In this document: in pieces, positions 54,856-64,000 of the stretch | How positions within the stretch are numbered: the stretch's first letter is position 1 | Layout of the letters: the number at the start of each line of letters is the position of its first letter | Source of the DNA: Escherichia phage EPIMRB01 | Direction: 5' to 3' (one strand) | DNA length: 64,000 nucleotides | Sequence record: PQ657784 | Position numbers and translations under genes: made by a program | The notes under the pieces: model-generated | Databases searched by the model: none | What the model was told of the DNA's origin: nothing | What the model saw: only the letters and a program-made list of their open reading frames with translations

Positions 54856-55512
54856 ATGGCAGCACCTAGAATATCATTTTCGCCCTCTGATATTCTGTTG
54901 GGTGTTCTAGATCGCTTGTTCAAAGATAACGCTACCGGGAAGGTTCTTGCTTCCCGAGTAGCTGTCGTAATTCTTTTATTTATGATGGCGATTGTTTGGT
55001 ATAGGGGAGATAGTTTCTTTGAGTACTATAAGCAATCAAAGTATGAAACATACAGTGAAATTATTGAAAAGGAAAGAAATGCACGCTTTGAATCTGTCGC
55101 CCTGGAACAACTCCAGATAGTTCATATATCATCTGAGGCAGACTTTAGTGCGGTGTATTCTTTCCGCCCTAAAAACTTAAACTATTTTGTTGATATTATA
55201 GCATATGAAGGAAAATTACCTTCAACAATAAGCGAAAAATCACTTGGAGGATATCCTGTTGATAAAACTATGGATGAATATGCAGTTCATTTAAATGGAC
55301 GTCATTATTATTCCAACTCAAAATTTGCTTTTTTACCAACTAAAAAGCCTACTCCCGAAATAAATTACATGTACAGTTGTCCATATTTCAATTTGGATAA
55401 TATCTATGCTGGAACAATAACTATGTACTGGTATAGAAATGATCACATAAGTAATGACCGCCTTGAATCAATATGTGCTCAGGCGGCCAGAATATTAGGA
55501 AGGGCTAAATAA
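54856..55512 (+). CDS. t: Holin T
   Basis: 218 aa as in T4 T; single N-proximal transmembrane segment VAVVILLFMMAIVW, large periplasmic domain. Confidence 0.92.
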   Translation: MAAPRISFSPSDILLGVLDRLFKDNATGKVLASRVAVVILLFMMAIVWYRGDSFFEYYKQSKYETYSEIIEKERNARFESVALEQLQIVHISSEADFSAVYSFRPKNLNYFVDIIAYEGKLPSTISEKSLGGYPVDKTMDEYAVHLNGRHYYSNSKFAFLPTKKPTPEINYMYSCPYFNLDNIYAGTITMYWYRNDHISNDRLESICAQAARILGRAK

Positions 55513-55785
55513 TTATTTGTTTGTATACATCTCTAGATATCGATATACACCCTCAAAACCCTCGTTGAATTCGTCGATGAGGGTTTTCTTATCTTCTTGG
55601 GTTAATTCAGAAACAATTTTACGGAATGAATTCTGATTTAACTTTCTACCTTCATGCGTTACTCCAATCTCATTCAGAAATGCAATAAAATTAGCACGAT
55701 TCTCAACAATATCTTCTCTGGAAAATTTAATCAAAATAGACGCAACAGTAATAATTTCACGAACTGTATCAATGTTTTTATTCAT
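55513..55785 (-). CDS. asiA: Anti-sigma70 factor AsiA
   Basis: 90 aa; sequence MNKNIDTVREIITVASILIKFSREDIVENRANFIAFLNE matches recalled T4 AsiA. Confidence 0.9.
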   Translation of the reverse strand: MNKNIDTVREIITVASILIKFSREDIVENRANFIAFLNEIGVTHEGRKLNQNSFRKIVSELTQEDKKTLIDEFNEGFEGVYRYLEMYTNK

Positions 55786-55797
55786 TAACTATACCAC

Positions 55798-55950
55798 TCA
55801 ATTAGTTGACTTTATTATAATATCATCAGACACTTGATTTGTAAACTGGTCTGTGTTATTTTCTTCAAAAATTTTTTCTACGAATTCCTTGAACGACTCA
55901 CGTTCCTGAGCTACATTATGCTCGATTACCTTTTCAAGATTATGACTCAT
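55798..55950 (-). CDS. Possible small acidic protein
   Basis: 50-codon ATG ORF read by hand (below ORF-track cutoff) between asiA and arn. Confidence 0.3.
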   Translation of the reverse strand: MSHNLEKVIEHNVAQERESFKEFVEKIFEENNTDQFTNQVSDDIIIKSTN

Positions 55951-56225
55951 TCGAAATAATCTTCAATTTCGTAATCATGGACGTAAATCATTATAGTTTT
56001 TAATACATCATCGATACTTTTTCCCGGAGCTGGAATTACGTAAAAATATCCTGCTTTTGAGAGGTCTTTATAAGTTCCAACCAAGAAATCATTATTCTCA
56101 AGATGCAGTTCTTCAACTAATTCATTAACAATTGAACGGTATAAATTTGGTAAAAACTTATATAGCTTTTCTAGAATATCAATTTTGATTGTATATTGAA
56201 CCACGGACTGAGAATCAATAATCAT
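55947..56225 (-). CDS. arn: Anti-restriction nuclease Arn (McrBC inhibitor), putative
   Basis: 92-aa acidic protein at the T4 arn position next to asiA; assignment by length, charge and synteny. Confidence 0.6.
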   Translation of the reverse strand: MIIDSQSVVQYTIKIDILEKLYKFLPNLYRSIVNELVEELHLENNDFLVGTYKDLSKAGYFYVIPAPGKSIDDVLKTIMIYVHDYEIEDYFE

Positions 56226-56308
56226 AGACCTTCCCCTTATGTTTCTGTTTGCGATTAGATTCTTTAAACGCTTTCTTCTTATCCTTATGAACAGAAGCTT
56301 TATTAAAA

Positions 56309-56527
56309 TTATGTTTTGCGACTAAATTGTTCATAGTGCTGAATTACCTCTCTTAAACATTTGCATGTGAATGAAAACTTTTTAGCTACACCACATTCAA
56401 ATATATGTTCTCTTAAATCGCGTGTATCGGTATATCCCATCTCAACAATAAAATGCCGTATTAGATTTTTATCTTTATCATTGAGAGAGTTAAAATAATC
56501 GGATTTTGAATTAATTTCCCTGGCCAA
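56309..56527 (-). CDS. Hypothetical protein
   Basis: 72-aa ORF. Confidence 0.45.
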   Translation of the reverse strand: MAREINSKSDYFNSLNDKDKNLIRHFIVEMGYTDTRDLREHIFECGVAKKFSFTCKCLREVIQHYEQFSRKT

Positions 56528-56807
56528 ATTGAATCACCTTCAGTTGACGTTTTAATTCTTTTATAATTTCTTCGTTCATCGCAATATAAAGATCGCGTAA
56601 AGCAGGTTTTAGCATTCCATTTACCGGAGAACTAAATGGGCATACATAATCTTTTCCTACAAGCTTTTTGGTAAATTCCATATCACAAAATTTAAATGCT
56701 GGCTCATTCGCATAAATTCCCCAATTAGTTGACATCATTTTATTGGCATATTCCAGTGCCTGAATTTGATTCATAATTCCATCGATTTGAAACTTTTTAA
56801 TATTCAT
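56511..56807 (-). CDS. Hypothetical protein
   Basis: 98-aa ORF. Confidence 0.5.
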   Translation of the reverse strand: MNIKKFQIDGIMNQIQALEYANKMMSTNWGIYANEPAFKFCDMEFTKKLVGKDYVCPFSSPVNGMLKPALRDLYIAMNEEIIKELKRQLKVIQFGQGN

Positions 56808-57268
56808 TAGTAAAGGTCCTCAGAGTAAAGTTCTTTTTCACTACCACCACGTTCAATACGTACTTGTCCAGCGTAAGTTGCAATAATCATTGCTTCTTCA
56901 CGTGTCCAATAATTACTGTATTGGTCAATAAACCCTTGGTCATCATCACAAACTTGTTGAGTAACTAATTGAGGTTTAACTACATCTAAAACTTCGGCCA
57001 TATCTTTAGAATAATGACGAGCACCTGGAATAATAAGAGTTCGTCCATCTTTTAATTTAAAACGGTTGGCCGCGCAGACAATTCGTCGTTGATACTTTTG
57101 GTTTTCATCCCAATATGCAGTCTGCCAACATATTTCAGGAACTTCTTTTAGAATATCTTCTTCTGTGCATTTATAACCATGCGCTTTAAATTTTTCAGCA
57201 AGACTTTCTGGAGTTTCACGAGATAAAGGAACATTCAGCATTTTTAAACGATTGATAAATGGGTTCAT
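56807..57268 (-). CDS. Hypothetical protein
   Basis: 153-aa ORF. Confidence 0.5.
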   Translation of the reverse strand: MNPFINRLKMLNVPLSRETPESLAEKFKAHGYKCTEEDILKEVPEICWQTAYWDENQKYQRRIVCAANRFKLKDGRTLIIPGARHYSKDMAEVLDVVKPQLVTQQVCDDDQGFIDQYSNYWTREEAMIIATYAGQVRIERGGSEKELYSEDLY

Positions 57269-57594
57269 TTAAACCATCCTTTAATACGTTGCCACAAAGT
57301 TTTCTGTTGAGCTTTGTTAACACCAATTGAGCGAATAACTGGTTGAGATTCCTGGAATTCTTTATAATCGGCAAGGTAAATTTCGTAAGCTGCATCTGTA
57401 AAGGAACTTATCGCTGCCATGAAATTATTGCGAATACCTACTGGAGCATCTTTACTTTCACGAATAATCATGTATTTACCAGTCTTAATCTTTACAATAG
57501 TTCCAAGATAAGCTCCATGGTACCAAATATCCCAACCCTCTTGAGTAGGTTCTGCACAACGACGAAGTTCATTGATAATTTCTAACTTGTTCAT
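57265..57594 (-). CDS. Hypothetical protein (motA.1 position)
   Basis: 109-aa ORF abutting motA. Confidence 0.5.
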   Translation of the reverse strand: MNKLEIINELRRCAEPTQEGWDIWYHGAYLGTIVKIKTGKYMIIRESKDAPVGIRNNFMAAISSFTDAAYEIYLADYKEFQESQPVIRSIGVNKAQQKTLWQRIKGWFK

Positions 57595-57604
57595 TATTTA
57601 TTCC

Positions 57605-58240
57605 TCACAGTTCAGATGCTACAGTGATTACTGCTTCAATGTTTTCTTCCGAGCGTTTAATGTCAAGATACACATTACCGTTTTTAGCGATTTTACATGA
57701 CATTCCGATATCAGTAAATTTCTGAATATGATGTTCCATCATTTTGTATCCAAAAATTCGCATATTTCCATTGTTGTTAATTTCAAAATTACGAATTCCG
57801 TGAGTGCGTTTTTCTAAAATAGCGAGATAGTTACTACGATAAGTTTCGACCTTTTTAAGAACAAATCCATTTTCATCTAAAAGTTTTAACATGAGGTCTT
57901 TATCTTCTTCCATATCAGAAGTAATCTCACGAGCTTTACGAGTTGCTCGTTTTTTCAGTAGTTCCGGAGCATTTTCCTGTGCGTATAAAGTTGCTGCATT
58001 TGAAATAATATCCTGAGCTTCACCAGTAATGATTAATCCATCACCTGATTTCTCCACCAGGCCTTTTTTAATCAACACCCCAATATTACTATTAACTACT
58101 GCGTTACCTAAATCTGGATGCACCTCACGAACTTCTGCAGCTGTAATGAAATCTTTCTTAGCAATAGTAATTAAAATCGCAGCAGTTTTTTCATTCAGAA
58201 CATCGTTAGAAGCTTTGATGATGTAAGTTACTTTAGACAT
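57605..58240 (-). CDS. motA: Middle-transcription activator MotA
   Basis: 211 aa as in T4 MotA; downstream of a strong early-type promoter. Confidence 0.9.
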   Translation of the reverse strand: MSKVTYIIKASNDVLNEKTAAILITIAKKDFITAAEVREVHPDLGNAVVNSNIGVLIKKGLVEKSGDGLIITGEAQDIISNAATLYAQENAPELLKKRATRKAREITSDMEEDKDLMLKLLDENGFVLKKVETYRSNYLAILEKRTHGIRNFEINNNGNMRIFGYKMMEHHIQKFTDIGMSCKIAKNGNVYLDIKRSEENIEAVITVASEL

Positions 58241-58281
58241 TTTCTAATCTCCGTAATTCTGTATCAGTAGTTGATAGTTGT

Positions 58282-58311
58282 ATAGTACCACAGTATGCTT
58301 TGGTTGTAAAC
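58282..58311 (-). promoter_or_regulatory. Early-type promoter for motA
   Basis: GTTTACA, 17-nt spacer, TACTAT with upstream TG. Confidence 0.65.
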
Positions 58312-58339
58312 CGTTTTGTGAAAAAAAAATTTTTGAAAT

Positions 58340-58368
58340 AAAAAGGGAGAGCCGAGGCTCTCCCTAAA
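58340..58368 (-). terminator. Rho-independent terminator
   Basis: GGGAGAGCC-TC-GGCTCTCCC followed by T-rich tract on minus strand. Confidence 0.65.
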
Positions 58369-58370
58369 AA

Positions 58371-58520
58371 TTACTGCATGACTGTGATAACTGTCATGAT
58401 AACACGTTGAATGCCGAACGCAAGAAGACCTCCTGCTACGGCTGGAACAACACCTAAACCCGCCAGTAAAATGCTACCGGATACTAATGCAGCGCTTGTA
58501 ATACCTATGAATGGACTCAT
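58371..58520 (-). CDS. Small hydrophobic membrane protein
   Basis: 49-codon ATG ORF read by hand; ATGA overlap with gene 52 stop; one long hydrophobic stretch. Confidence 0.4.
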   Translation of the reverse strand: MSPFIGITSAALVSGSILLAGLGVVPAVAGGLLAFGIQRVIMTVITVMQ

Positions 58521-59845
58521 TTGATTTCCTCTAAATCTTTAGTGTATTCGGTAACTACATTAGTAGTTTTCCAATATTCGTTTTCTTCTTTCTTAGCTTT
58601 AGCTTCTTCAGCAAGTTTCTTTGCTTCGTCGGAAGTCATATGAAAAATATTCATTCCAACTAGTTTATCAACATAAGAAGAATACATATCGATTTTCGAA
58701 AGTTCTTCGGTCAGTTCTTTGCGAGTTTTACCCTGCACAACGATTTCACCTGAAATTACTTTCTTAATGAAATGTGCCTTGGCAAAGGCTAAACGAAAAG
58801 CTGACTCAGTTTCTTTGATTTTGTTATCAATTCGTTTTTGGACATAAGTTTTACGAACTTCAACAAAGTCTTTAATTAAATCAACTACGTTATCGTAAAC
58901 TTGTAGTTTTCCTTTCTCATTAATAACCGTAATATTCTGAGAACGACGCTCAATCAACCCGAAGTCTTTCATAATTTTTGCATGGCGTTCTTCTTCGTTA
59001 TCGCTCAAAGAATATTCTTTACGGAATTTAACTTTGAATCCAAAACCATGCTCACCACAAGCATCATCCCATGTAATGAAGCCTTTATCTTCAAGTGGGT
59101 CTAAGATTTTACTCACATAAGTTTCACGATCATACTTATACGGAATCTCAGTGATATGCATTTGAGTTCGTGAAGTAAACTTATATGTTCCACGAATTTC
59201 ATATTGGCCATCAATCTCAACGACTTCACCACGAAATTCTGGGAATTCTACCTTCGGTTTAGTTACTTTCTTTCCTTGAAGAGCTTGTAATACAGCTTTC
59301 TTAACAGAAGAAACACTATGAGGAAGAATGTAAGTTGCATAACCAGTTGCAATACCGGAAACACCATTAAGAAGAACAGTAGGAATAATAGGCAAATAGA
59401 AAGCAGGCGGAATGTGTTCTTTATCTTGATGTACCGGAGCATATTCAGTATCTTTATATACGTTATAGAAATTTTTACTTACACGAGCAAAAATATAACG
59501 ACTTGCTGCTGCTTTTTGGACGGTACGAGAACCAAAGTTTCCTTGACCATCTAACAGAGGAAAATTATTATTCCAAGTGTTAGCCATCAAAGCACCTGCG
59601 TCTTGCGCAGAGTTTTCACCATGATGATATCCAAGGTCCGCTACACCACCTGCAATAGAAGCGAGTTTGTGAAACTTATCTTTATTTCCTCGTGCCAAAT
59701 CAAGAGCTCGAGCAATAACAAATCGTTGAACTGGCTTAAATCCGTCAATCATATTTGGAATGGCACGATTTTCAACCGTGTACATAGCATAAGCCAATGC
59801 TTCATTATCAATGATACTTTTTAAATCGCGATTATTCAGTTGCAT
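58517..59845 (-). CDS. 52: DNA topoisomerase II medium subunit gp52
   Basis: 442 aa as in T4 gp52; GyrA-like cleavage/religation domain. Confidence 0.93.
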   Translation of the reverse strand: MQLNNRDLKSIIDNEALAYAMYTVENRAIPNMIDGFKPVQRFVIARALDLARGNKDKFHKLASIAGGVADLGYHHGENSAQDAGALMANTWNNNFPLLDGQGNFGSRTVQKAAASRYIFARVSKNFYNVYKDTEYAPVHQDKEHIPPAFYLPIIPTVLLNGVSGIATGYATYILPHSVSSVKKAVLQALQGKKVTKPKVEFPEFRGEVVEIDGQYEIRGTYKFTSRTQMHITEIPYKYDRETYVSKILDPLEDKGFITWDDACGEHGFGFKVKFRKEYSLSDNEEERHAKIMKDFGLIERRSQNITVINEKGKLQVYDNVVDLIKDFVEVRKTYVQKRIDNKIKETESAFRLAFAKAHFIKKVISGEIVVQGKTRKELTEELSKIDMYSSYVDKLVGMNIFHMTSDEAKKLAEEAKAKKEENEYWKTTNVVTEYTKDLEEIK

Positions 59846-59849
59846 AAAT

Positions 59850-59990
59850 TTACCATACTAGTGAATGTAGTGCCATAATAACATCAGAAATGAAAAGCAC
59901 GACTTGAATTAATCCGAACATTACTCCATAATATAGTGCTACTAATAAAGTAGCAAGGGCTAATGAATAGCCCAAGATTTTCTTAATCAT
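59850..59990 (-). CDS. Small hydrophobic membrane protein (52.1 position)
   Basis: 46-codon ORF read by hand; start overlaps upstream ORF stop (ATGATTAA). Confidence 0.35.
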   Translation of the reverse strand: MIKKILGYSLALATLLVALYYGVMFGLIQVVLFISDVIMALHSLVW

Positions 59991-60135
59991 TTTCATTTAA
60001 TAGCCAAAACAATGATAAAATTGCTAATACGCCTTGAGCTGTTGCTTGTAAAAATACTGAAGTTTCTCCAGTTATTACTGTTCCGGCGAATAAAAAGGAC
60101 CAGCAGAAAAAGGCTATACCATAAACAAATTTCAT
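59980..60135 (-). CDS. Small hydrophobic membrane protein (position of T4 ac)
   Basis: 51-codon ORF read by hand with SD GAGGAAAA; hydrophobic. Confidence 0.4.
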
Positions 60136-60142
60136 ATTTTCC

Positions 60143-60223
60143 TCACTGGCGTCCGAAGACGCCTTTAGTTTTAAAATTATTACGATAGAACTGCATCACA
60201 TGTTCGTTATGGAAATTACTCAT
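60143..60223 (-). CDS. stp: Stp peptide (activator/modulator of host restriction and anticodon nuclease systems)
   Basis: 26-codon [29 protein letters not shown] read by hand, matching recalled T4 Stp; start overlaps ndd stop. Confidence 0.7.
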   Translation of the reverse strand: MSNFHNEHVMQFYRNNFKTKGVFGRQ

Positions 60224-60681
60224 TAATATGCCTGCAAAACGAATTTAAAGTTATCAGCCAACATACGGTTCATTTCTTCAAGTGTTTGATACTCAGAATG
60301 ATGATTACGAGTAAACGCTAAAGCTAACTGTCCTTTTCCAAATCCCGTCGTCAGAGGTTTCATCTTAGAAGCAGGCAGATAAAACACTGTGTATGGAACA
60401 TTGTTATTTGCAATAGTACGTGCAAGCTGAGACCGACGTTGACGAATATGACTTAGAACTGCACTGAATCCTTGCTTAGAACGCTGATTACCTACATAAA
60501 ATCGTGCTGACACACATGGATTACTAAATGGACGACCATCTAATTTACTTACTAAAAAGTAAAATCCAGGTTTAGATAAAATATCTTTATGCGGAGTTCC
60601 CAAAAACCACTCACCACCCTTGATTGTACCAATAACAGTAGCACCTGCATCATTCAGATCAGTAACAGTCATATATTTCAT
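60223..60681 (-). CDS. ndd: Nucleoid disruption protein Ndd
   Basis: About 152 aa from ATG with SD GAGGAAA (MKYMTVTDL...); ORF-track 178-aa form is a 5' extension. Confidence 0.85.
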   Translation of the reverse strand: MKYMTVTDLNDAGATVIGTIKGGEWFLGTPHKDILSKPGFYFLVSKLDGRPFSNPCVSARFYVGNQRSKQGFSAVLSHIRQRRSQLARTIANNNVPYTVFYLPASKMKPLTTGFGKGQLALAFTRNHHSEYQTLEEMNRMLADNFKFVLQAY

Positions 60682-60739
60682 ATTAATTTCCTCTAAATTA
60701 TTTTCTACTCCAAGGCCGCATGAATACGCGGCCATTAAA

Positions 60740-60955
60740 TTAATCGTCGCAGTCGACACTCAATTCCCAAAACTCTTCTACGGTATAAGTTTCAGTATCA
60801 TTTTCAATACAGAAACGTTCATTACTGTTATTTGCTAAAGTAGCATTAACTGTCGGTTTCTCACTAGTGCTCTTAAGAGGTGAAATACGAATTAACTGAT
60901 CACCGTTATCTAAACAGAAAATTTCACCAACTTTTACATCTTTAAAACTTTTCAT
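60740..60955 (-). CDS. Hypothetical protein
   Basis: 71-aa acidic ORF. Confidence 0.45.
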   Translation of the reverse strand: MKSFKDVKVGEIFCLDNGDQLIRISPLKSTSEKPTVNATLANNSNERFCIENDTETYTVEEFWELSVDCDD

Positions 60956-61070
60956 AATTCACCTCAAGGAGTATAAAACCCAAATGCAGTTGTTGACCAT
61001 CCCATCCAATATGGAAAATTTGCACCAATGTAAAACATAAGAATATAAAACCAACCGCTCAGCAAATTCA

Positions 61071-61289
61071 TCATTTTACACCATTCCAAATTGTTTCAAC
61101 CACGGATTTTAAACCATTTTGATGAATATCCATTCCGACTACCGCCATCAAATAGATTCCAACTACAACTGAACCTAAGGCAAAAATCAGCATGAAAATG
61201 AATAAAGCCGGAAAAATATTATCGAAAAACCATTCAATAAATGTAAAAGCACTGCGTTTACGCTTCATATTTTCCTCACATAAATCCAA
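61071..61289 (-). CDS. Hypothetical membrane protein
   Basis: 72-codon ORF with long hydrophobic segment; true start may be internal. Confidence 0.4.
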   Translation of the reverse strand: MDLCEENMKRKRSAFTFIEWFFDNIFPALFIFMLIFALGSVVVGIYLMAVVGMDIHQNGLKSVVETIWNGVK

Positions 61290-61389
61290 AGTAAACGTTT
61301 AATACATCAATCATTAAAACGATTGGGAATATACTCAAAACTATTAGTATTATAACTACATTCCATATAGCTTTAATAATCTTTTTCAT
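61276..61389 (-). CDS. Possible small membrane peptide
   Basis: 37-codon ORF MKKIIKAIWNVVIILIVLSIFPIVL... with SD GGAGGAACAG directly downstream of an early promoter. Confidence 0.4.
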   Translation of the reverse strand: MKKIIKAIWNVVIILIVLSIFPIVLMIDVLNVYFGFM

Positions 61390-61416
61390 TTTCTGTTCCT
61401 CCGTAGTTGATAGAGT

Positions 61417-61447
61417 AATAATACCACAGAGGAACAGTCTTGTAAAC
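61417..61447 (-). promoter_or_regulatory. Early-type promoter
   Basis: GTTTACA, 18-nt spacer, TATTAT with upstream TG. Confidence 0.55.
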
Positions 61448-61631
61448 AACTTTTTAAAAATATTCGTAATAAATGTGAATACCAATCACTACTGCCGAAA
61501 CTTGTGCAACCCACCACGCACAAGCAATAAGTACAGAATTAAAAATTTTCATAATAACCTCATCACAAAAGTAAATGTTAAACAAATTACTGGAATACTA
61601 ATTAACCAAACAAAACACCACCATAGTGAAC

Positions 61632-61895
61632 TCATAGCTCAATCTCAGCGATTTTCATTTCATTACTATTAATAGCCGCTTTAAGACTATCTGAAAGAAT
61701 TACATTCCAATGGTCATTCATATGACCACTAACTAAGCGTGTAATTTCTTCAGGAGTTGAAAAATAAGGCGTATCAGACTCCCAATGCGATAGTCCCAAG
61801 CGAGTATAAATCATACCTTCATCATCGCTAGAATATTCAACTGACACAAACTCATCAGTTATTTTATGTTTAGCATAATAAAATTTAAATTTCAT
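61632..61895 (-). CDS. Hypothetical protein
   Basis: 87 aa from ATG with SD GGAGGAACAG (MKFKFYYAKHK...); the ORF-track 118-aa form runs through the promoter. Confidence 0.5.
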   Translation of the reverse strand: MKFKFYYAKHKITDEFVSVEYSSDDEGMIYTRLGLSHWESDTPYFSTPEEITRLVSGHMNDHWNVILSDSLKAAINSNEMKIAEIEL

Positions 61896-61923
61896 TTTCT
61901 GTTCCTCCGTAGTTGATAGTTGT

Positions 61924-61953
61924 ATAGTACCACGGTCCTTGTGGTATGTAAAC
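61924..61953 (-). promoter_or_regulatory. Early-type promoter
   Basis: GTTTACA, 17-nt spacer, TACTAT; same family as the 41483 and 58282 elements. Confidence 0.6.
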
Positions 61954-61969
61954 CGTTTTGTGAAAATTT

Positions 61970-62527
61970 TTAAATGGAAAGATACCATCCGTTGTAGTTG
62001 CTTTTTCTTACAACCTTACGAAGGTCTTCTCTATCACCGATGAACTTCGGAGTGTACTGGATGACACCTGGATGAATTTCTTTAGTGTTGAATATAATTA
62101 TACAGTCCGCGACTTGATGATTTAGAATGGGCCCTAGATTTATTCCAGAACCATATGGATACTCTCCGCTGCATCCCGTTGTTACCGAAATCCAACGCGA
62201 GTCAGTTTGATGTGTCTTAACTTCTACACGGAGCCCACAGTATTTTGGATGTGCTAAAACATCCCATGCATACGTGTACGGATCATCGACATCTTCTTGG
62301 CCTTTATTGACATATCCGCTTAGCCAATCTGCCACCACATACTCGGCATACACTGCGATACGGCATCTTTCGATAACTTCTGCCTTATCCTGATTTGGGT
62401 TTTGTTTTAAAGAGTATCTCGCAGTATCAGCAATTTTGACCTTCATTTCACTGGTCAAATCACTGTTCGATAGGGTAAATGTCGGAATCTGAAATAGTCT
62501 CTGTAACCCCGGATTCGTTTTCTGCAT
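61970..62527 (-). CDS. denB: Endonuclease IV (DenB)
   Basis: 185 aa as in T4 DenB; position between rIIB side and ndd cluster. Confidence 0.75.
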   Translation of the reverse strand: MQKTNPGLQRLFQIPTFTLSNSDLTSEMKVKIADTARYSLKQNPNQDKAEVIERCRIAVYAEYVVADWLSGYVNKGQEDVDDPYTYAWDVLAHPKYCGLRVEVKTHQTDSRWISVTTGCSGEYPYGSGINLGPILNHQVADCIIIFNTKEIHPGVIQYTPKFIGDREDLRKVVRKSNYNGWYLSI

Positions 62528-62789
62528 TTAGACTTTCCTTTTTACCGCTGAGATAAGCGTTATATACTTTAAGAGTACCATAATAAATTCGGTCATTTTC
62601 ATCTAAAGACTCGAGGTCAAGTTCATCGAGCTCCTTTTTATCCATGACTATAACATCATTACAGTAAAGAAACCCAAGTTTTTCGTGACCAAACTCAAAT
62701 TTATTACAGTACACAATATTAGCGTGATGATTTCCGTGCAGTTTAATCTCTTTTATGTCGGAATCGCCGATATTCATACAATAAATCAT
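62460..62789 (-). CDS. Hypothetical protein
   Basis: 109-aa ORF overlapping denB 5' end by 68 nt; Cys/His-containing N-terminus. Confidence 0.45.
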   Translation of the reverse strand: MIYCMNIGDSDIKEIKLHGNHHANIVYCNKFEFGHEKLGFLYCNDVIVMDKKELDELDLESLDENDRIYYGTLKVYNAYLSGKKESLNAENESGVTETISDSDIYPIEQ

Positions 62790-62800
62790 AATTTTTCCTT

Positions 62801-62824
62801 AAAACAAAAGGGCCGAAGCCCTTT
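62801..62824. terminator. Stem-loop flanked by A and T runs
   Basis: AAAAGGGCC-GAAG-CCCTTTATTTT. Confidence 0.55.
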
Positions 62825-62827
62825 ATT

Positions 62828-63022
62828 TTACTTGAATTGTGCAATTCTTTTCTCTAGACATTCAGCATAAGATTTCATTGAGATGAACTGTGAAAGCAGC
62901 AGTTCTTGCTCAACTGTACTAACCGTTAGAAACTTCGTGCTTTCTAAAAATTTGCTCAGTGCATTAATTTTGAGCATTAATTGATCGTATTCTTCTTTTA
63001 CTCGTGCTTGATAACCTAACAT
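62828..63022 (-). CDS. Hypothetical protein
   Basis: 64-aa ORF. Confidence 0.45.
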   Translation of the reverse strand: MLGYQARVKEEYDQLMLKINALSKFLESTKFLTVSTVEQELLLSQFISMKSYAECLEKRIAQFK

Positions 63023-63034
63023 AATTTTCCTTAG

Positions 63035-63052
63035 TTAAGGGCCGAAGCCCTT
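63035..63052 (-). terminator. Stem-loop after rIIB
   Basis: GGGCC-GAAG-CCC just downstream of rIIB stop. Confidence 0.5.
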
Positions 63053-63989
63053 ATTTAAATTGTTCAGTAACGTCTTCAACTACTTCGTATTGACAGGTAC
63101 GCATTTTAGCATCGTTGTAATCAATCGGAATTGATACTACATCGCGAGGATGAACTTTAACTTTTACAACTCGACTAGTTGAACCACCGAAGTGACGAAT
63201 ATAAGATTTAGAACACACATGCAGACCACGAGAACAAGTTTGTGTATCATCGTCATTCACACGAGTACGCGGCATTTTAACTACTTTACCCGGACTGTTA
63301 TCAAAGGTATTTGAGTGACAGTCAAAGTAATTGCTGCGAACTACTTTCCAAGCATAGAAGTAACCATCTTCTGTAATTTCAATATCGTTTGCTACCAAGA
63401 AATCAAAGAGTCGAGATACCGCTTTCTGGCTTGGGTTTTCCAGCAGATTTTCCAAGAACGGAAAATAAAATTCAAAGTTTTCGCCTTTTTCCATCGAATC
63501 AAGAATACGATCAACCAAACCAGACCGCAATTCAATATTTTGATAGAACAAGCTTCCACCTTCAATTCGAACATCGCCGGAAATATATTTTTCAACAGCG
63601 CGACGAACATTAATTTTTTGTGCCGCTTCTTCTAACTTATCTGCTACGAGCAGATTAAGAATTTCCTGGAAGTTTGAATGAGTATTAGGTGTTGCATTAT
63701 AAGTTACACCATCAACAGTAATCGAAATGAATTTTTTAGATGCATTCCAAATAATGTCAGATTTAGCAACTGGAGCAATAACTGCATCGCTATTAACTTT
63801 AACTGTAATATCACCGCTAATAGTAATTTTAGAGTGTTTAGCTTCTTCAGCATTTTTCAAAACACGACGGATTGTATCAACCGATACACCTTGCCAATCA
63901 GCCAATTCCTGCTGAGTATAATTACCGCTTGAATACAGTTTAACAATTTCAGCTTGTTCGTTTTTGGTCAGGCATTTAATATTGTACAT
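63051..63989 (-). CDS. rIIB: rIIB membrane-associated protein
   Basis: 312 aa as in T4 rIIB; start MYNIKCLTKNEQAEIVKLY. Confidence 0.9.
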   Translation of the reverse strand: MYNIKCLTKNEQAEIVKLYSSGNYTQQELADWQGVSVDTIRRVLKNAEEAKHSKITISGDITVKVNSDAVIAPVAKSDIIWNASKKFISITVDGVTYNATPNTHSNFQEILNLLVADKLEEAAQKINVRRAVEKYISGDVRIEGGSLFYQNIELRSGLVDRILDSMEKGENFEFYFPFLENLLENPSQKAVSRLFDFLVANDIEITEDGYFYAWKVVRSNYFDCHSNTFDNSPGKVVKMPRTRVNDDDTQTCSRGLHVCSKSYIRHFGGSTSRVVKVKVHPRDVVSIPIDYNDAKMRTCQYEVVEDVTEQFK

Positions 63990-64000
63990 AATTTTCCTTA

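Overview
The window is a contiguous segment of a T-even (T4-like) myovirus genome, running from the 3' end of major capsid gene 23 to rIIB. Gene order and most proteins are colinear with T4: 23-24-rnlB-hoc-inh-segD-uvsW-uvsY-25-26-51-27-28-29-48-54-alt-30-rIII-31-cd-pseT-spanins-alc-rnlA-denA-nrdB-nrdA-td-frd-32-59-33-dsbA-rnh-34-35-36-37-38-t-asiA-arn-motA-52-stp-ndd-denB-rIIB. Coding density is above 90%, with many ATGA/TAATG start-stop overlaps, TATAAATA late promoters, GTTTAC/-10 early promoters often paired with GC stem-loops, and one MotA-box middle promoter. It is not the T4 reference genotype: td and nrdB are uninterrupted, hoc carries an extra Ig-like domain, there are two full-length alt paralogs, an extra ORF sits between frd and td, and the distal tail fibre is T2-type (gp37 with C-terminal chaperone-like domain plus glycine-rich gp38 adhesin). 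The most striking observation is a perfect 127-bp tandem duplication inside tail-fibre gene 36 that frameshifts the reading frame. All calls rest on reading the sequence and the supplied ORF track plus recalled knowledge of T4 biology; no database search was run. Several ORF-track starts are GTG/TTG extensions and were trimmed to the internal ATG with a Shine-Dalgarno. Coordinates of short motifs may be off by 1-2 nt.
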